64,000 nt of DNA from Cyanophora paradoxa CCMP329 (GCA_004431415.1 QPMI01000672.1:34972-98971); one strand, 5' to 3'. Positions 1 through 10,236 are shown, counted from the stretch's first letter. Numbers and translations: made by a program. The notes: generated from the sequence alone by a model not told the origin.

Positions 1-242
1 TTCTAAGTGATGATTCGGGTTCTCCTGTGGTGCTCATTGACTATGATGCTGAAACTGATGCCATGGACCTTTAATTTCTCTCCTCGACTGGGGTTTAAAG
101 CTCTAAACAGGATCGGGAATACCCCAGGCCGGCATTAGGAAGAGGCCCGCATTGGGATTTCGCCGATTGTTTTCCAGGTTTGCGTGTATGAGCGCCGGAC
201 CGCCGGGGCATACATGGTGAACTGTATAGGCGCCCGTCTGCG
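1..242 (+). mobile_element. 3' fragment of a second copy of the same LINE (end of ORF2 + 3' UTR), interrupted by the full-length insertion
   Basis: Near-identical reverse complement of 362-603. Shares diagnostic variants (ctaagt, gatgctgaaact) with the copy at 12494-13232. Ends in the TSD. Confidence 0.93.
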
Positions 243-529
243 AAGAAGAAGAGTATGTATAAGACACGCCCAAGCCGGCTGTACGGTTATGACGAAAGGC
301 GAAGGACCCGAAGGCCCGAAGCACAATCGACAGTGAACCAACCAGACAAGGGTAGTGGCGGCGCAGACAGGCGCCTATACAGTTCACCATGTATGCCCCG
401 GCGGTCCGGCGCTCATACACGCAAACCTGGAAAACAATCGGCGAAATCCCAATGCGGGCCTCTTCCTAATGCCGGCCTGGGGTATTCCCGATCCTGTTTA
501 GAGCTTTAAACCCCAGTCGAGGAGAGAAA

Positions 530-3500
530 TTAAAGGTCCATGGCATCAGCTTCAGTATCATAGTCAATGAGCACCACAGGAGAACCCGAATCATCACTGA
601 GAACCGAAAGGTCAGCAGGAGAGGAAAGATGCAAACGTTTAACGGAAGGAAGAAAAGATGGGTCAATAGTACCGTCTGGGTAACCATAGGCATCCGAGAG
701 GCAAGGAGGAGCAGGGGTAGAGGGTCGACGGCGCTTCAGGTTGAAATCAGGAGCCAAGACAGGATCAGTGTCCATAGGAACAGAGGAAGAAGGAAGAGAC
801 GACGAATGGCCCCCAACATTGGGAGCATCCGCAGTAATATCAGCAGCAATTTCAGGGGAAGAAAGAAATAAATCAGCTTCAAGTTCGGGATCAAGGAGGT
901 CAATAATAACTTGAGGAGAGAGCGGAGGCGAGCTGGGATCATCAGCATCATCATCGAGAACGCCAGGAGCTGGCGCAGGAGGGTCCAAAGCATCGACACG
1001 GCGACGGCGAAGAGGCGGCTCGTCCTCAGTGTCAAAGTCCGGCGGGGGGTGAGGGGGAGTGTGAGAGGGCGATGGAGGCAGAGGAAGTAGAGGGTCAGGA
1101 GCAGGAGCACGGTCCGGTGCCTCAGGAGGGTCGTCGTCATCCGAAGAGGAGCTTGTAGAAGAATCATCAGGTTCATCAGGGCCCAGGTCGGAAAGCTCTG
1201 AGGAGTCTGATCCAGTGTCAGGGGGGGATTCATAGCCTTCAAGATCCTCTTTTTCGAGCCGCTGCAATAGAACAGGCCGTGCACTGGCATAGGCAAACTG
1301 AGCAACAAGGGAGCTAGGAGCTAAATCGGGGCTAGGGGCAGGCTGAGTGATATGCTCGCAGAGCTCAAAAGAGGCTAGGGAATGGTCATAAACACGAGCC
1401 GCGTCCAAGAGATTAGAACAAAATGAAGAGTGAGATGGGTCAGCTGTAGAGATGAAACGGAAGTCCCGACGGACGTAAGTTACTTTGAAACGAGGTAAAC
1501 GGCGAGGGAGCATGTCCATGAAATCGTCGAGCTCGCGAAACAGGGCAGATATCAGAGTGGCTGTTTTCAAACCTGTTTTGGAGGAAGGAGTAAGTGGCAG
1601 CTGTATGTCAGGGTCCATCGCAAATGTAGCAGCAGCTTCAGAGCGACCTGTACGATAGGCCAGAGAGTACGAGCGGAAAATAACATGCAATCCAAGAATC
1701 CGAACAACCTGCCACTCCCAGTTCTGTAGAAACATCCAAGTATCCGCGAAACGGACCGAGCCAGTGAGCAACCAGGCAACGAAGCGTGCAGAAGGAATGG
1801 GCATCGGCTGGAGCTGCAGGGCATGGAAGATGAGCGACCAGAACTGCTGTACTACGGGGCAAAGAGCAAAAACGTGCAGTGCATTGCAGCGCCGGTGGCA
1901 GACCGGACATAGCGAGGAGAGAAGCTCACTGTCAAGCAAATTCGCCGAAGCGGGACGCTGAAGATCACGCGCAGCCATAGCAGCGATGCGGGACGATGTG
2001 CGGAGGGCGTTGTAGCGCAGAGCAAAGTAGCCGTCAAGGACGCGCTGCGTGAGAGCGTAGCGCAGGTCGGGGATAACCGTATTGAACCAGGGAAAGCGAT
2101 CGGTGCGCGCGTCGTAGCCCGGCGGCCAGAGGAACTTTGGAGAGAGATCAGCACACCACTTAGCCTCAGCGGTCGTCGGCGCCATGAAAGCGTGGGAGGA
2201 TAGGTACTTGTACACGTTGTGAACCGTGAAACGTGACGGGGCAGCAGGCAGCTTGTACGCAACCGATTTAGAGAGGCGCAGCTCTTCCTTTGAACGATCG
2301 TTGATGTTCTCGCGGTCAGAGTAGAACGCAAACGTACGGGAAGACGACGGTGGCAGCGGGCGAAGGGCAAGGTCGGAGAGCTGCACCGAATTCATGAGGA
2401 ACCGGATGAGTACGGGCATGGAGGACAACTTGCAAGCGTTCTTAACAAGGCTAAGCGCATGCGCAGGCACGGGAATGAAGTCGATCGCACGGGCCGCGGG
2501 TCGGATCGCAAGCACATCAGGGAGGGCGACGGGATTGTCAATCGAAGCACTGCAGGGCACGTCAATCTCATGGAAAGCAAGCTGTGTGTCAGGAAGAAGG
2601 CGAACGCGACAGAGAGCTACTCCCTGGAGCGAAAGGCGCTCAGCAGCAAGTTTCGAGAAAGGGCCAATAGCGAGACCGCCAGGTTCGTGTTTCCAGTCTG
2701 CAGTGCGACCACAGCGCCAAACCTCTTGAGCAAGTCGATTATTGAGCGCATGCAGCTGATTGCGCAGTTGCTCAGGATAAGTGGGCTCAACAAAGAGAGT
2801 ATGTTCTCCAGAGAAATCCCAGATTTGATAGTTGAAACGGAAGCCGAGACGGAAGAGCAAAGTGAAAGTGAAATCACGCTCATAGTACGTGTCTTTCTTA
2901 TACCAAGGGTGCATGATAGGCATACGCAGGAAATCCCAAGCGCAGCGGGGCCTTTTGACATCGAAAATAGTCCGCCAGGCTTCAAAGATGGCAAAGAACG
3001 GGTCAGCAGGAGGGGGCCATAATGGCTTCACCAAGCGATCAGTTCTGTTGAGAAAGGGGAGCCAAAGCCCGAAACCACCGTTCTCCGTAAATGCTTCAAT
3101 AATTTCTCGACCAGGAAGCGCAGCTGGGGAAGTGAGCCATGATTCCAAAGAATTTGCAGCAAAAGCCAGCTGAGAATGGAGAAGAGACGGCGCTCCAAGA
3201 CCACCAAGAGATACTGGCCGACACGAGGCAGTGGTCATTCCCTGAGGGGGTAATATGAAAGCATCGGAATAAGAGGAACGCTTCCAGACAAAGGTCTGCA
3301 AGATTTTCGAAATTGCCCTGAGAATCAGAGGGGGCGCTGGAACTGCTCGAATATAAAAGCTTAGTACTCCCTGACAGAAAGCATACGCTATGCGACCTCG
3401 TCCAAGAAGGGAGGACTGGAAGTCAACAGCTGTCTCCATAAAGAAGGTTGCTTTATGCTGAATCATATTCCACGATTGACGGTGTTCGCGATCAAGAAGA

Positions 3501-6145
3501 AGCTGATGAGGAAATCCAAGCTGCTTATGAGAGGCAGGGTCAAGCTCAGAAGCACGGAGAACAGGGAAAGGTAGGGGATCAACAGGATCGATATCCAATG
3601 GTGAAGCAGCAGGTTCCCGCAGAACAATAGCAAGAGATTTCTCCATAGATAAGTGTTGACCAGAGAGAGGTTTGAAAGACCCAAAACGCGCATGGATAGT
3701 CAGAAGAGAGTCACGCAGAGACAGCCCCTGAGGGCGGAGCAAGAACAGTTGATAAATATCGTCAGCAAACTGGACAAGGGGGGTGCCAACAGGACGGGGA
3801 ATATCAGTAAGTGAAAGCAAAAGGGAACGGAGAGGGCTAATTGAAAGGATGAAGGAGACTGGGCTCCAGGGGCCGCCTTGAATAGTTCCCACAAAACGTG
3901 AGAACGCAGAGGAGAAGAGCCCGTTCGCAAACACACGTGCACGGAGGGGAGTTCTAGGGTTGTACAGACAGTGGTGCATTCGTCGAATAAGCCAGGGCCA
4001 CTGTTGAACATGGAGGACGAGCGCCATAATGACCCAAAGCAACAGATCATATGCAGATTTAAGATCCGAGTCGAACCCAATCACGCAATCATAACCGGCG
4101 TAGCGGATGCGAGTATATGTTGCCAGCACTGCAAAGATATTTTTATGAACGTCGCGGCCTTGAACAAATCCAAATTGATCTTCAGGAATGATAAATTGCA
4201 AGATCGGGTTCGCGAGTGTCACCATAGTCCGCTCAAAGAGGCGCAAGAGCGTGTTAGAGACTCCAATAGGTCGATACTTCGAGGCATCTGTGGGGAGGCC
4301 AGACCGCTTCCAGATGAAAGTGTAGGTCAACTCGCGCATAAAATCAGGAAGGAAGCCTTGAACAACGACCTTCTGGAAATAGGCAGCCAGGAAAACAGAC
4401 CAGGGTTTAGTGTGCAGCTTAAAGACGCCAACGGGAATCCCATCCGGGCCAGGCGCCCCATGGGCATATGCTTTACTGATAGAAAAAGCTACGTCATCAG
4501 GTGAAATTTTAGACTGGGTGCGCCACGCAGGGGGAACAATGCCCTGAACATGGGGCAAGAGGTCGTCCACAAATTGCTGAGTGAGAGCGGCAGCGGAAGG
4601 ATTATCCCAGGATGTCGGAAAGGGGACATCGAGAAGAGGGTCCACGGGAGGTTCATGAGGGGGGCAAAGAGCGTCGAGGATAGAGGACTGAGTCAACAAG
4701 AAGGCAGGGGTAGGGGCGCCCAGTTCCTCAAGCTTTTTGGCCAGGTAGTTCGCAACCGCAGCGGGCTCAACAGCGACAGCAGTGGGACCATCTGAGGTAA
4801 AGTGCAACGGTGGAGGGACAACGGAGGAGGGCTTGGCGAGCCGCGTCCAGTCACGCTTAGAGCCGCTTTCGAACGTAAGCCGGTGCTGGAGCCTGGCGAG
4901 CTGACGATTGGTGAGAGAGACCTTCTTCTGAAGTTCGCGTAGGGATTCAAGCCTCTGGGAGCGCTCCCGGTACAGGGCGACAGCATCGGAGCCGGGCGGC
5001 AGGCGGTAGATCTTCATCTCGACGTCGCCCAGCGCTTTGTATGCTGCGCGCTCATGCGTATAGAGCTTGCTAATCACATGTGCTCTGTGCTTATGCGCCA
5101 TCTTGCAGAGTCGCTTGGAGAACGAACGCCACGTGTCATCAAAGGTGGCGGCATCTATAACTACCTCACCGTCACCGTGTGCTTGAAGGACAGTGTCCAG
5201 ATATTGCGTCAAGTGTGTTTCCGTGCGCTTGCGCAGAGCGGGGTCAAGGCAGATTGGGTCGCCGCGCTGAGAATATTGTCCCGGCAGATTGCTGACGAAA
5301 TCGTACGGGAATGCTTGCACACGGGAGCGGGGCAAGTGACGATGCACACGCGGACCAGAGAAAGAGAGAACAACGATGCGATGGTCAAGCTGGAGGTGGA
5401 GCGCGTCAAACGGGGCCAGGAGCGAATACGAAGCAAGGCGGCGCTGGAACCATTTGGTTGCAAGTGCAAAGTCTAGGCGCGAGTTAACAGCTTTAAGGCT
5501 AACAATACGCGAATAAGTAGGGGCAAAAGCTGAAGCAGTCCCGCCGACAGGAGGCGGTGGAGCATGGTTCGCGAGATCATCAAGTTGGTGTGAAGCCATC
5601 GTCGCATATAGGTAAGAGCGTTGCAAGGAACTAGATTTAGGGGCGCGGTGGTTCCAGTCCCCAATAAGAAGCATCGGCATAGTAGCAGAAAGATACCCAG
5701 CCTGCACACAAGATTGCCACCACTCACGGCGGTCCCTGTTGTCACTAGCGGGGGCATAAACACAAGCCAAGAGCACTTTCGTAGCAGGGAAAGAGCCAGC
5801 TGCCTTATACGCAATAGAGACGGAAATAAAGCGCCCATCAGAATCCTGTCGCGCAAGCGTAACCTCATGTTCTGCAGCGAAGAAGGGCGTGACCAGAATG
5901 GCCACACCAGTGGAGCGGGATTGAGTCGGAGCAGAGTGGAAGAACGGGCCACGCCAGGCAGCTGCAATCTTTTCAAGTTTTCCTAAGGGGTGACCAGCGT
6001 CATCAAAGTCTCGCAGCTTAGTTTCCTGTAAGCAGAAAATGTCTATCTTGTGAGCAACGGCAAACTTCCTGCAACGTTCCACAAAGGTCTGCAGCTTGCT
6101 GGGACTGTTGAGCCCTCCCACATTTAATGATGCAATGTTAACCAT
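530..6145 (-). CDS. LINE ORF2, 1871 aa: apurinic endonuclease + reverse transcriptase + C-terminal Cys/His finger + acidic/Pro-rich tail
   Basis: APE motifs ASLNVGGL, CLQETK, VYAP, IGDWN, SRLDF, LDH. RT motifs APGPDG, YRPIGV, QFGFVQGR, DLKSAYD, GTIQGGPWSP, QFADD. GGLG motif and CPVC..CNALHVFALCP finger. Confidence 0.97.
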   Translation of the reverse strand: MVNIASLNVGGLNSPSKLQTFVERCRKFAVAHKIDIFCLQETKLRDFDDAGHPLGKLEKIAAAWRGPFFHSAPTQSRSTGVAILVTPFFAAEHEVTLARQDSDGRFISVSIAYKAAGSFPATKVLLACVYAPASDNRDRREWWQSCVQAGYLSATMPMLLIGDWNHRAPKSSSLQRSYLYATMASHQLDDLANHAPPPPVGGTASAFAPTYSRIVSLKAVNSRLDFALATKWFQRRLASYSLLAPFDALHLQLDHRIVVLSFSGPRVHRHLPRSRVQAFPYDFVSNLPGQYSQRGDPICLDPALRKRTETHLTQYLDTVLQAHGDGEVVIDAATFDDTWRSFSKRLCKMAHKHRAHVISKLYTHERAAYKALGDVEMKIYRLPPGSDAVALYRERSQRLESLRELQKKVSLTNRQLARLQHRLTFESGSKRDWTRLAKPSSVVPPPLHFTSDGPTAVAVEPAAVANYLAKKLEELGAPTPAFLLTQSSILDALCPPHEPPVDPLLDVPFPTSWDNPSAAALTQQFVDDLLPHVQGIVPPAWRTQSKISPDDVAFSISKAYAHGAPGPDGIPVGVFKLHTKPWSVFLAAYFQKVVVQGFLPDFMRELTYTFIWKRSGLPTDASKYRPIGVSNTLLRLFERTMVTLANPILQFIIPEDQFGFVQGRDVHKNIFAVLATYTRIRYAGYDCVIGFDSDLKSAYDLLLWVIMALVLHVQQWPWLIRRMHHCLYNPRTPLRARVFANGLFSSAFSRFVGTIQGGPWSPVSFILSISPLRSLLLSLTDIPRPVGTPLVQFADDIYQLFLLRPQGLSLRDSLLTIHARFGSFKPLSGQHLSMEKSLAIVLREPAASPLDIDPVDPLPFPVLRASELDPASHKQLGFPHQLLLDREHRQSWNMIQHKATFFMETAVDFQSSLLGRGRIAYAFCQGVLSFYIRAVPAPPLILRAISKILQTFVWKRSSYSDAFILPPQGMTTASCRPVSLGGLGAPSLLHSQLAFAANSLESWLTSPAALPGREIIEAFTENGGFGLWLPFLNRTDRLVKPLWPPPADPFFAIFEAWRTIFDVKRPRCAWDFLRMPIMHPWYKKDTYYERDFTFTLLFRLGFRFNYQIWDFSGEHTLFVEPTYPEQLRNQLHALNNRLAQEVWRCGRTADWKHEPGGLAIGPFSKLAAERLSLQGVALCRVRLLPDTQLAFHEIDVPCSASIDNPVALPDVLAIRPAARAIDFIPVPAHALSLVKNACKLSSMPVLIRFLMNSVQLSDLALRPLPPSSSRTFAFYSDRENINDRSKEELRLSKSVAYKLPAAPSRFTVHNVYKYLSSHAFMAPTTAEAKWCADLSPKFLWPPGYDARTDRFPWFNTVIPDLRYALTQRVLDGYFALRYNALRTSSRIAAMAARDLQRPASANLLDSELLSSLCPVCHRRCNALHVFALCPVVQQFWSLIFHALQLQPMPIPSARFVAWLLTGSVRFADTWMFLQNWEWQVVRILGLHVIFRSYSLAYRTGRSEAAATFAMDPDIQLPLTPSSKTGLKTATLISALFRELDDFMDMLPRRLPRFKVTYVRRDFRFISTADPSHSSFCSNLLDAARVYDHSLASFELCEHITQPAPSPDLAPSSLVAQFAYASARPVLLQRLEKEDLEGYESPPDTGSDSSELSDLGPDEPDDSSTSSSSDDDDPPEAPDRAPAPDPLLPLPPSPSHTPPHPPPDFDTEDEPPLRRRRVDALDPPAPAPGVLDDDADDPSSPPLSPQVIIDLLDPELEADLFLSSPEIAADITADAPNVGGHSSSLPSSSVPMDTDPVLAPDFNLKRRRPSTPAPPCLSDAYGYPDGTIDPSFLPSVKRLHLSSPADLSVLSDDSGSPVVLIDYDTEADAMDL

Positions 6146-6147
6146 AT

Positions 6148-8427
6148 TTAATCAGGCCACGGGGGTGCACGCATGGGATGTTTCGGGCGTGGGGGGCTGG
6201 GCTCAGGAAGCAGTGGGCAGCGAGGCAAGGAAGGTGCATTGCAATTGGAAGCCAGGAGAAAATTCAAAATAAGATCATGCGCAGTTAAAAGGCTACTTCT
6301 GTGGCTGGTTGACAAGGGCTGCATAGTAGCTGCGAGTTTCAATGGAATCACCTGGGGTCTCAGCTGTCGAACCAGAGGGCTTCGCAGGTTTAATCTGACC
6401 ACTTTTACTGAGAGAGCAGCAGGTAAAGTCAGGGAGGAGAAGGCAGATTCACAGGAGAGGACAGACCGAGCAGGAGGAGCTGCAAGGACTTGCACCGAAC
6501 GTGGTTTCATGGAGGATGTGGATGTCACTTGTGTCTTTTGCGGAGGTGCCGCAGACGGAGGAGCATCAGGCAACTCAGAAGCAGTGGGCTCGAGGTCGGA
6601 GTCACGAGTGCGCTTGGGTCCTTCACGTGACCCAGCAGGTGAAACGGTAGAGGAGGGAGCAGCAGGACCAGATGGAGACAGGGCAGCAGAAACCAGGCGT
6701 CCGTGGGTCATCAAGAAGTTTGCAATAGCAGGATTGGTGGCAGCCAGAGCAGCGAGTTGAGCGGGGTCCAAGGCTTTAACAACTGCAAGCAGCATGGGAT
6801 CCGGAGGCGAGCCAGCAAACGGGGCAGAAGCCGGAGCTGGAGCTGGCTGCACAGCAGACGCAGACGGAGCGGCAGGCGGTGAGGCAGCTGACGAAGCAGG
6901 AGCCGCAGTACGTGCACGTGCACCCGATGGCAGAACAGGAGCAGCAGCAGGGCGAGGGAGGGCAGGAAATGGATCTGGAGGGGCCACAGCCGGTTTGTCC
7001 AAAATACCATGATGCTGGAGGATTTCATTCTGCATGTTCACAGGTAGCTGATAGATGACAGGGTCACGGTGAACATGGTAAAAGAAAGTGTCCTCGCCCG
7101 TTGAGGGGATAAGGCAGAAACGCTTGTCCGCAAACTCGCAGTTGCAAGAATAGAAAGGAGTGTAGTTGCAGGGAGCCTGGGACTGGGGTGGCGGTTTGGA
7201 GCTGGTACATGCCAGTCCAAGGTTGTACAAGACAGAGGGGTACTCGGCGTCCAAGAAGTTGAGATTGAAGGCAAGCAGTCGGTCCCCGATAGGGAAGAGA
7301 ACAGATTTGATCGTGTTAGTCCCAAGAGGACTGGAGCGGTCATGCTGGACAAAGGACTGGACCAGAAGATTTGATACTGGCACAGAAACAAGCAAGAGGA
7401 TTGGAGTGACGGGGCGATTCTCAACAAGGTTTGCCTCACGGCTCCCCGTTTCCACACGCAGAGGAAAAGCCGGATCCACCAGTACAGGGTCACACTTAAA
7501 AGTAAAGTTGTACTCGGGGCGTTTAGTTGATGGATCACGGCGGTCATAATAAACAGGGTCATGGTCCACAGCAAAATCAGCCAGTTTCTGAGCAGCCACA
7601 GCACAAAGTATAGTTGGGGTGTTCATTGAAAGGGGTAAGAACATTGTGTGGTCGCCAAGAGTAATGTTGGGGTTCGCAGATGCAAGCTCAATTTTTTGAA
7701 AAAGCATGTCTGTGTCAATCTCTGTTGGGGCCTTGCTGGAGACCAGGACGTTGTTAGGTTGGGTGAACGCATGCTGAATTGAGACAAGGACAGTCTGAAT
7801 AAACTCATCAGACTCCATAGTAGCTGCAGTATAAAAGGAATGGTGCGGTGGGGCCGATGGAGGGAGGCTGATAGAAAGTTCGACCAAGACACGGGGCTCA
7901 GGATCAGTGGGCGCCATTTCTTTGCTGAAAGCTGGTACAGAGCCGGGGAGGCAAGAGGCAGAGTTTGCACGGACAAAATCAGTGACAAAGTCCATGTCAG
8001 AGAAAAGCAATTCACGTTTGCTGAGAGAGTCGCGTTCAACGCGCACAGAGGGGAAAGCGTCCAGGATTTTGTCCAAGGTTCCATGGTGCGCCACGAACGA
8101 CTGGTAGGCGCCGTGGTCGGGGCAGTGGAAGTCCAGAGTCATGTCAACAGCATTCTTTTCAGTGTTAGAGCGGGCCTCAATGGTAATTCCAGGAGTGTGA
8201 CCGTGCACACGGTTGCCCTTCCAATCGGTTGTGTATATCCGGCGCTGAAAAGGAGGAGTTTGGTAGTGCTGAGTCATAGCTTTGATGCGGGTGAGCATGT
8301 GTTTCTGTCGAACGGAGCCTTGGACTGCTGACACATCGCGGGCTTCCGTGAAACGAGCGGCACCAGGGTTTAACGGGAAACGAAGACGCATTTGACGAGA
8401 GACCCCGTCGGCATGGAGCAGTTCCAT
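6148..8427 (-). CDS. LINE ORF1, 759 aa (no recognisable family; Cys/His cluster; Ala/Pro-rich C-terminal part)
   Basis: Long intronless ORF directly upstream of ORF2 on the same strand; its stop lies 2 nt before the ORF2 ATG. Confidence 0.85.
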   Translation of the reverse strand: MELLHADGVSRQMRLRFPLNPGAARFTEARDVSAVQGSVRQKHMLTRIKAMTQHYQTPPFQRRIYTTDWKGNRVHGHTPGITIEARSNTEKNAVDMTLDFHCPDHGAYQSFVAHHGTLDKILDAFPSVRVERDSLSKRELLFSDMDFVTDFVRANSASCLPGSVPAFSKEMAPTDPEPRVLVELSISLPPSAPPHHSFYTAATMESDEFIQTVLVSIQHAFTQPNNVLVSSKAPTEIDTDMLFQKIELASANPNITLGDHTMFLPLSMNTPTILCAVAAQKLADFAVDHDPVYYDRRDPSTKRPEYNFTFKCDPVLVDPAFPLRVETGSREANLVENRPVTPILLLVSVPVSNLLVQSFVQHDRSSPLGTNTIKSVLFPIGDRLLAFNLNFLDAEYPSVLYNLGLACTSSKPPPQSQAPCNYTPFYSCNCEFADKRFCLIPSTGEDTFFYHVHRDPVIYQLPVNMQNEILQHHGILDKPAVAPPDPFPALPRPAAAPVLPSGARARTAAPASSAASPPAAPSASAVQPAPAPASAPFAGSPPDPMLLAVVKALDPAQLAALAATNPAIANFLMTHGRLVSAALSPSGPAAPSSTVSPAGSREGPKRTRDSDLEPTASELPDAPPSAAPPQKTQVTSTSSMKPRSVQVLAAPPARSVLSCESAFSSLTLPAALSVKVVRLNLRSPLVRQLRPQVIPLKLAATMQPLSTSHRSSLLTAHDLILNFLLASNCNAPSLPRCPLLPEPSPPRPKHPMRAPPWPD

Positions 8428-8692
8428 CTTTGTAAGGTACTTCTGAGCGGCCGGCGCGGCACCAAAGGCGTCCTGCTCACGACGGGCGTCACCACGGTGC
8501 AGAGACCGATAAAACGAGGCCGTTGATCAGGCTTCTGGAGCTTTTGAGAAGCGTCACGCTGCGCAGCCAGTTTCCATTTTTGTACGTTCGCCATAACGGT
8601 CAGAGCTCTACGCGCGACGCAAGCGTCAGGAACAGGCATAGAGGTAGGCGCAAAACGTAGTAAACTATGCGTATAGATAGAAGGATCAGCGA

Positions 8693-8756
8693 TTTGTGCC
8701 CGAGGGCAGAGAGTTTGCGCCATACGGCAGAAAGTTTGCGCCCGAAGGCAGGAGAG
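8693..8756 (-). repeat. Three ~21-bp tandem repeats in the LINE 5' UTR, each a small tetraloop hairpin
   Basis: Minus strand reads ctctcctgccTTCGggcgcaaa / ctttctgccGTATggcgcaaa / ctctctgccCTCGggcacaaa. Confidence 0.75.
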
Positions 8757-8849
8757 TCCCAGAATCACGCAAAGGGTAAGAAAAGGTGCGTACCACGCTC
8801 CGCGCTGCTGCCGCTGTGCTGCTACGTGCCTCGCCAGGTTCCGGGAGGT

Positions 8850-8981
8850 GCGCCCGTCTGCGCCGCCACTACCCTTGTCTGGTTGGTTCACTGTCGATTG
8901 TGCTTCGGGCCTTCGGGTCCTTCGCCTTTCGTCAAAACCGCACAACCGGCTTGGGCGTGTCTTATACATACTCTTCTTCTT
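8850..8981 (+). mobile_element. Remainder of the interrupted LINE copy (TSD + 3' UTR end + TTC tail)
   Basis: Continues exactly where 1-242 stops, as in the uninterrupted copy (~13101-13232), and is followed by the same flank ttattaattga. Confidence 0.93.
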
Positions 8982-10236
8982 TTATTAATTGAACAAAGAA
9001 TGAGACTGAAGTACTAAAGTTGTGAAGACAGAACAGAAGAAGCTGAAGCACTGAACATGAAGAACAGAACAGATCTGAGTGCATGAAAGATGTAGAAAGT
9101 AAACACTGATCATGTAATCAGGAAACAATGCACAAGATGCTATGTAGTCCAAAGCTAGGCTTCATCATTTATGGCTTGTCATGAAACATAGTGCTTTGCA
9201 ATTTGTGTTTAATTCATGATTCTTGGCTGGCAAAGAAATTAAAGGGCGATTTGATATTCTTAGCTATAGCTATATATATAGCTTTAGCCAGGAAGATGAG
9301 AAGAAGAGCTAAAGCACTGAACAATTGCAAGAAGTTTGAAACTGCATGCATGAATCTCTTGTGGTTCAATCGTATTACAAAGAAGGAAAATGAAGCTGAA
9401 GCACTGAAGAAGAGAGCATTTCAGAACAGATCCAGAAACAATGAAGTGATCACAAAACAATACAAAAGAAGCACATGCAATGTATTTCAAAGGTTTGATC
9501 ATTTATGTTCTAGATCTGTCATCAAATATCGAGTTTTGGTGTTAAATACTGGCCATGGCTGGCAAAGCAAGGGCAATTCTTAGCAGGAAAGTGGGCAAGA
9601 AGCTTGAACGTTAACATTTATTGCAGCAGTGATATATATATATATACTGTCCAAGTCCCTGTAGCTTTGTACCCCTGTACCTCAGTCTGCCTGTACCCCC
9701 AATACACCACCTTGCCAGCTATCTAGCCTGGCAATACATTGCAGCACTGATCATGAACAATTGCAAGAAGCTTAAGAATTGAACACTTCAATTGACAACT
9801 TGGCAAAAACAACCTGGCAAGGTTGTAGAAGAATTGATCATGAACAAGTCAATCATTGATCATTTCATTTCATGCATGTAACATGCAACAATATTTTATG
9901 CATGCAATGATGCCATGATGAATAATGCATGCATCATGATCAATATAAAGATCTAGATGCCACTGGGCCATTGTTGTTGTTGTTGAAACTCCTAGTAGTT
10001 GTTGTTGTGTGCTAATGCAAATCGTTTGCCATCTAGAAAAGAATGTTGTTTGTTTTGTGAAACAAAAAATGCCAAGTACAATCTCTTCAATTTCAATTTG
10101 GCAAGTTTCTGTTTTGTTTGTTGTGAATGTGTGAACGTTGTGCTGGTGTTGTGTTTTTTTTTGTCTTGTTTTGTTGTTTGTACATTGTGGAACATATGCT
10201 TTTCTTTTTGTTGTACATGCCAAGCTGTTTAGTGTA

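Larger units (their letters stand above)
243..8849 (-). mobile_element. Full-length, apparently intact non-LTR retrotransposon (LINE, L1/Tx1-like; ORF1 + APE-RT-zinc finger ORF2)
   Basis: Two open ORFs. 13-bp target-site duplication GCGCCCGTCTGCG at 230-242 and 8850-8862. The 3' end is a short (TTC)n tail (243-252 reads aagaagaaga on +). GC content is lower than in host genes and there are no introns. Confidence 0.95.

Noticed and set aside
125-240. ggccggcat in the LINE 3' UTR resembling the start of an HDV ribozyme
   Set aside because: I could not build the nested double pseudoknot, and such ribozymes are expected at 5' ends; an Infernal search would settle it.
243-8981. Apparent ~130-bp terminal inverted repeats flanking the LINE (243-374 vs 8850-8981), suggesting a novel TIR retroelement
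   Set aside because: The 13-bp TSD and the uninterrupted copy at 12494-13232 show the right-hand repeat is the rest of the host copy's 3' UTR.
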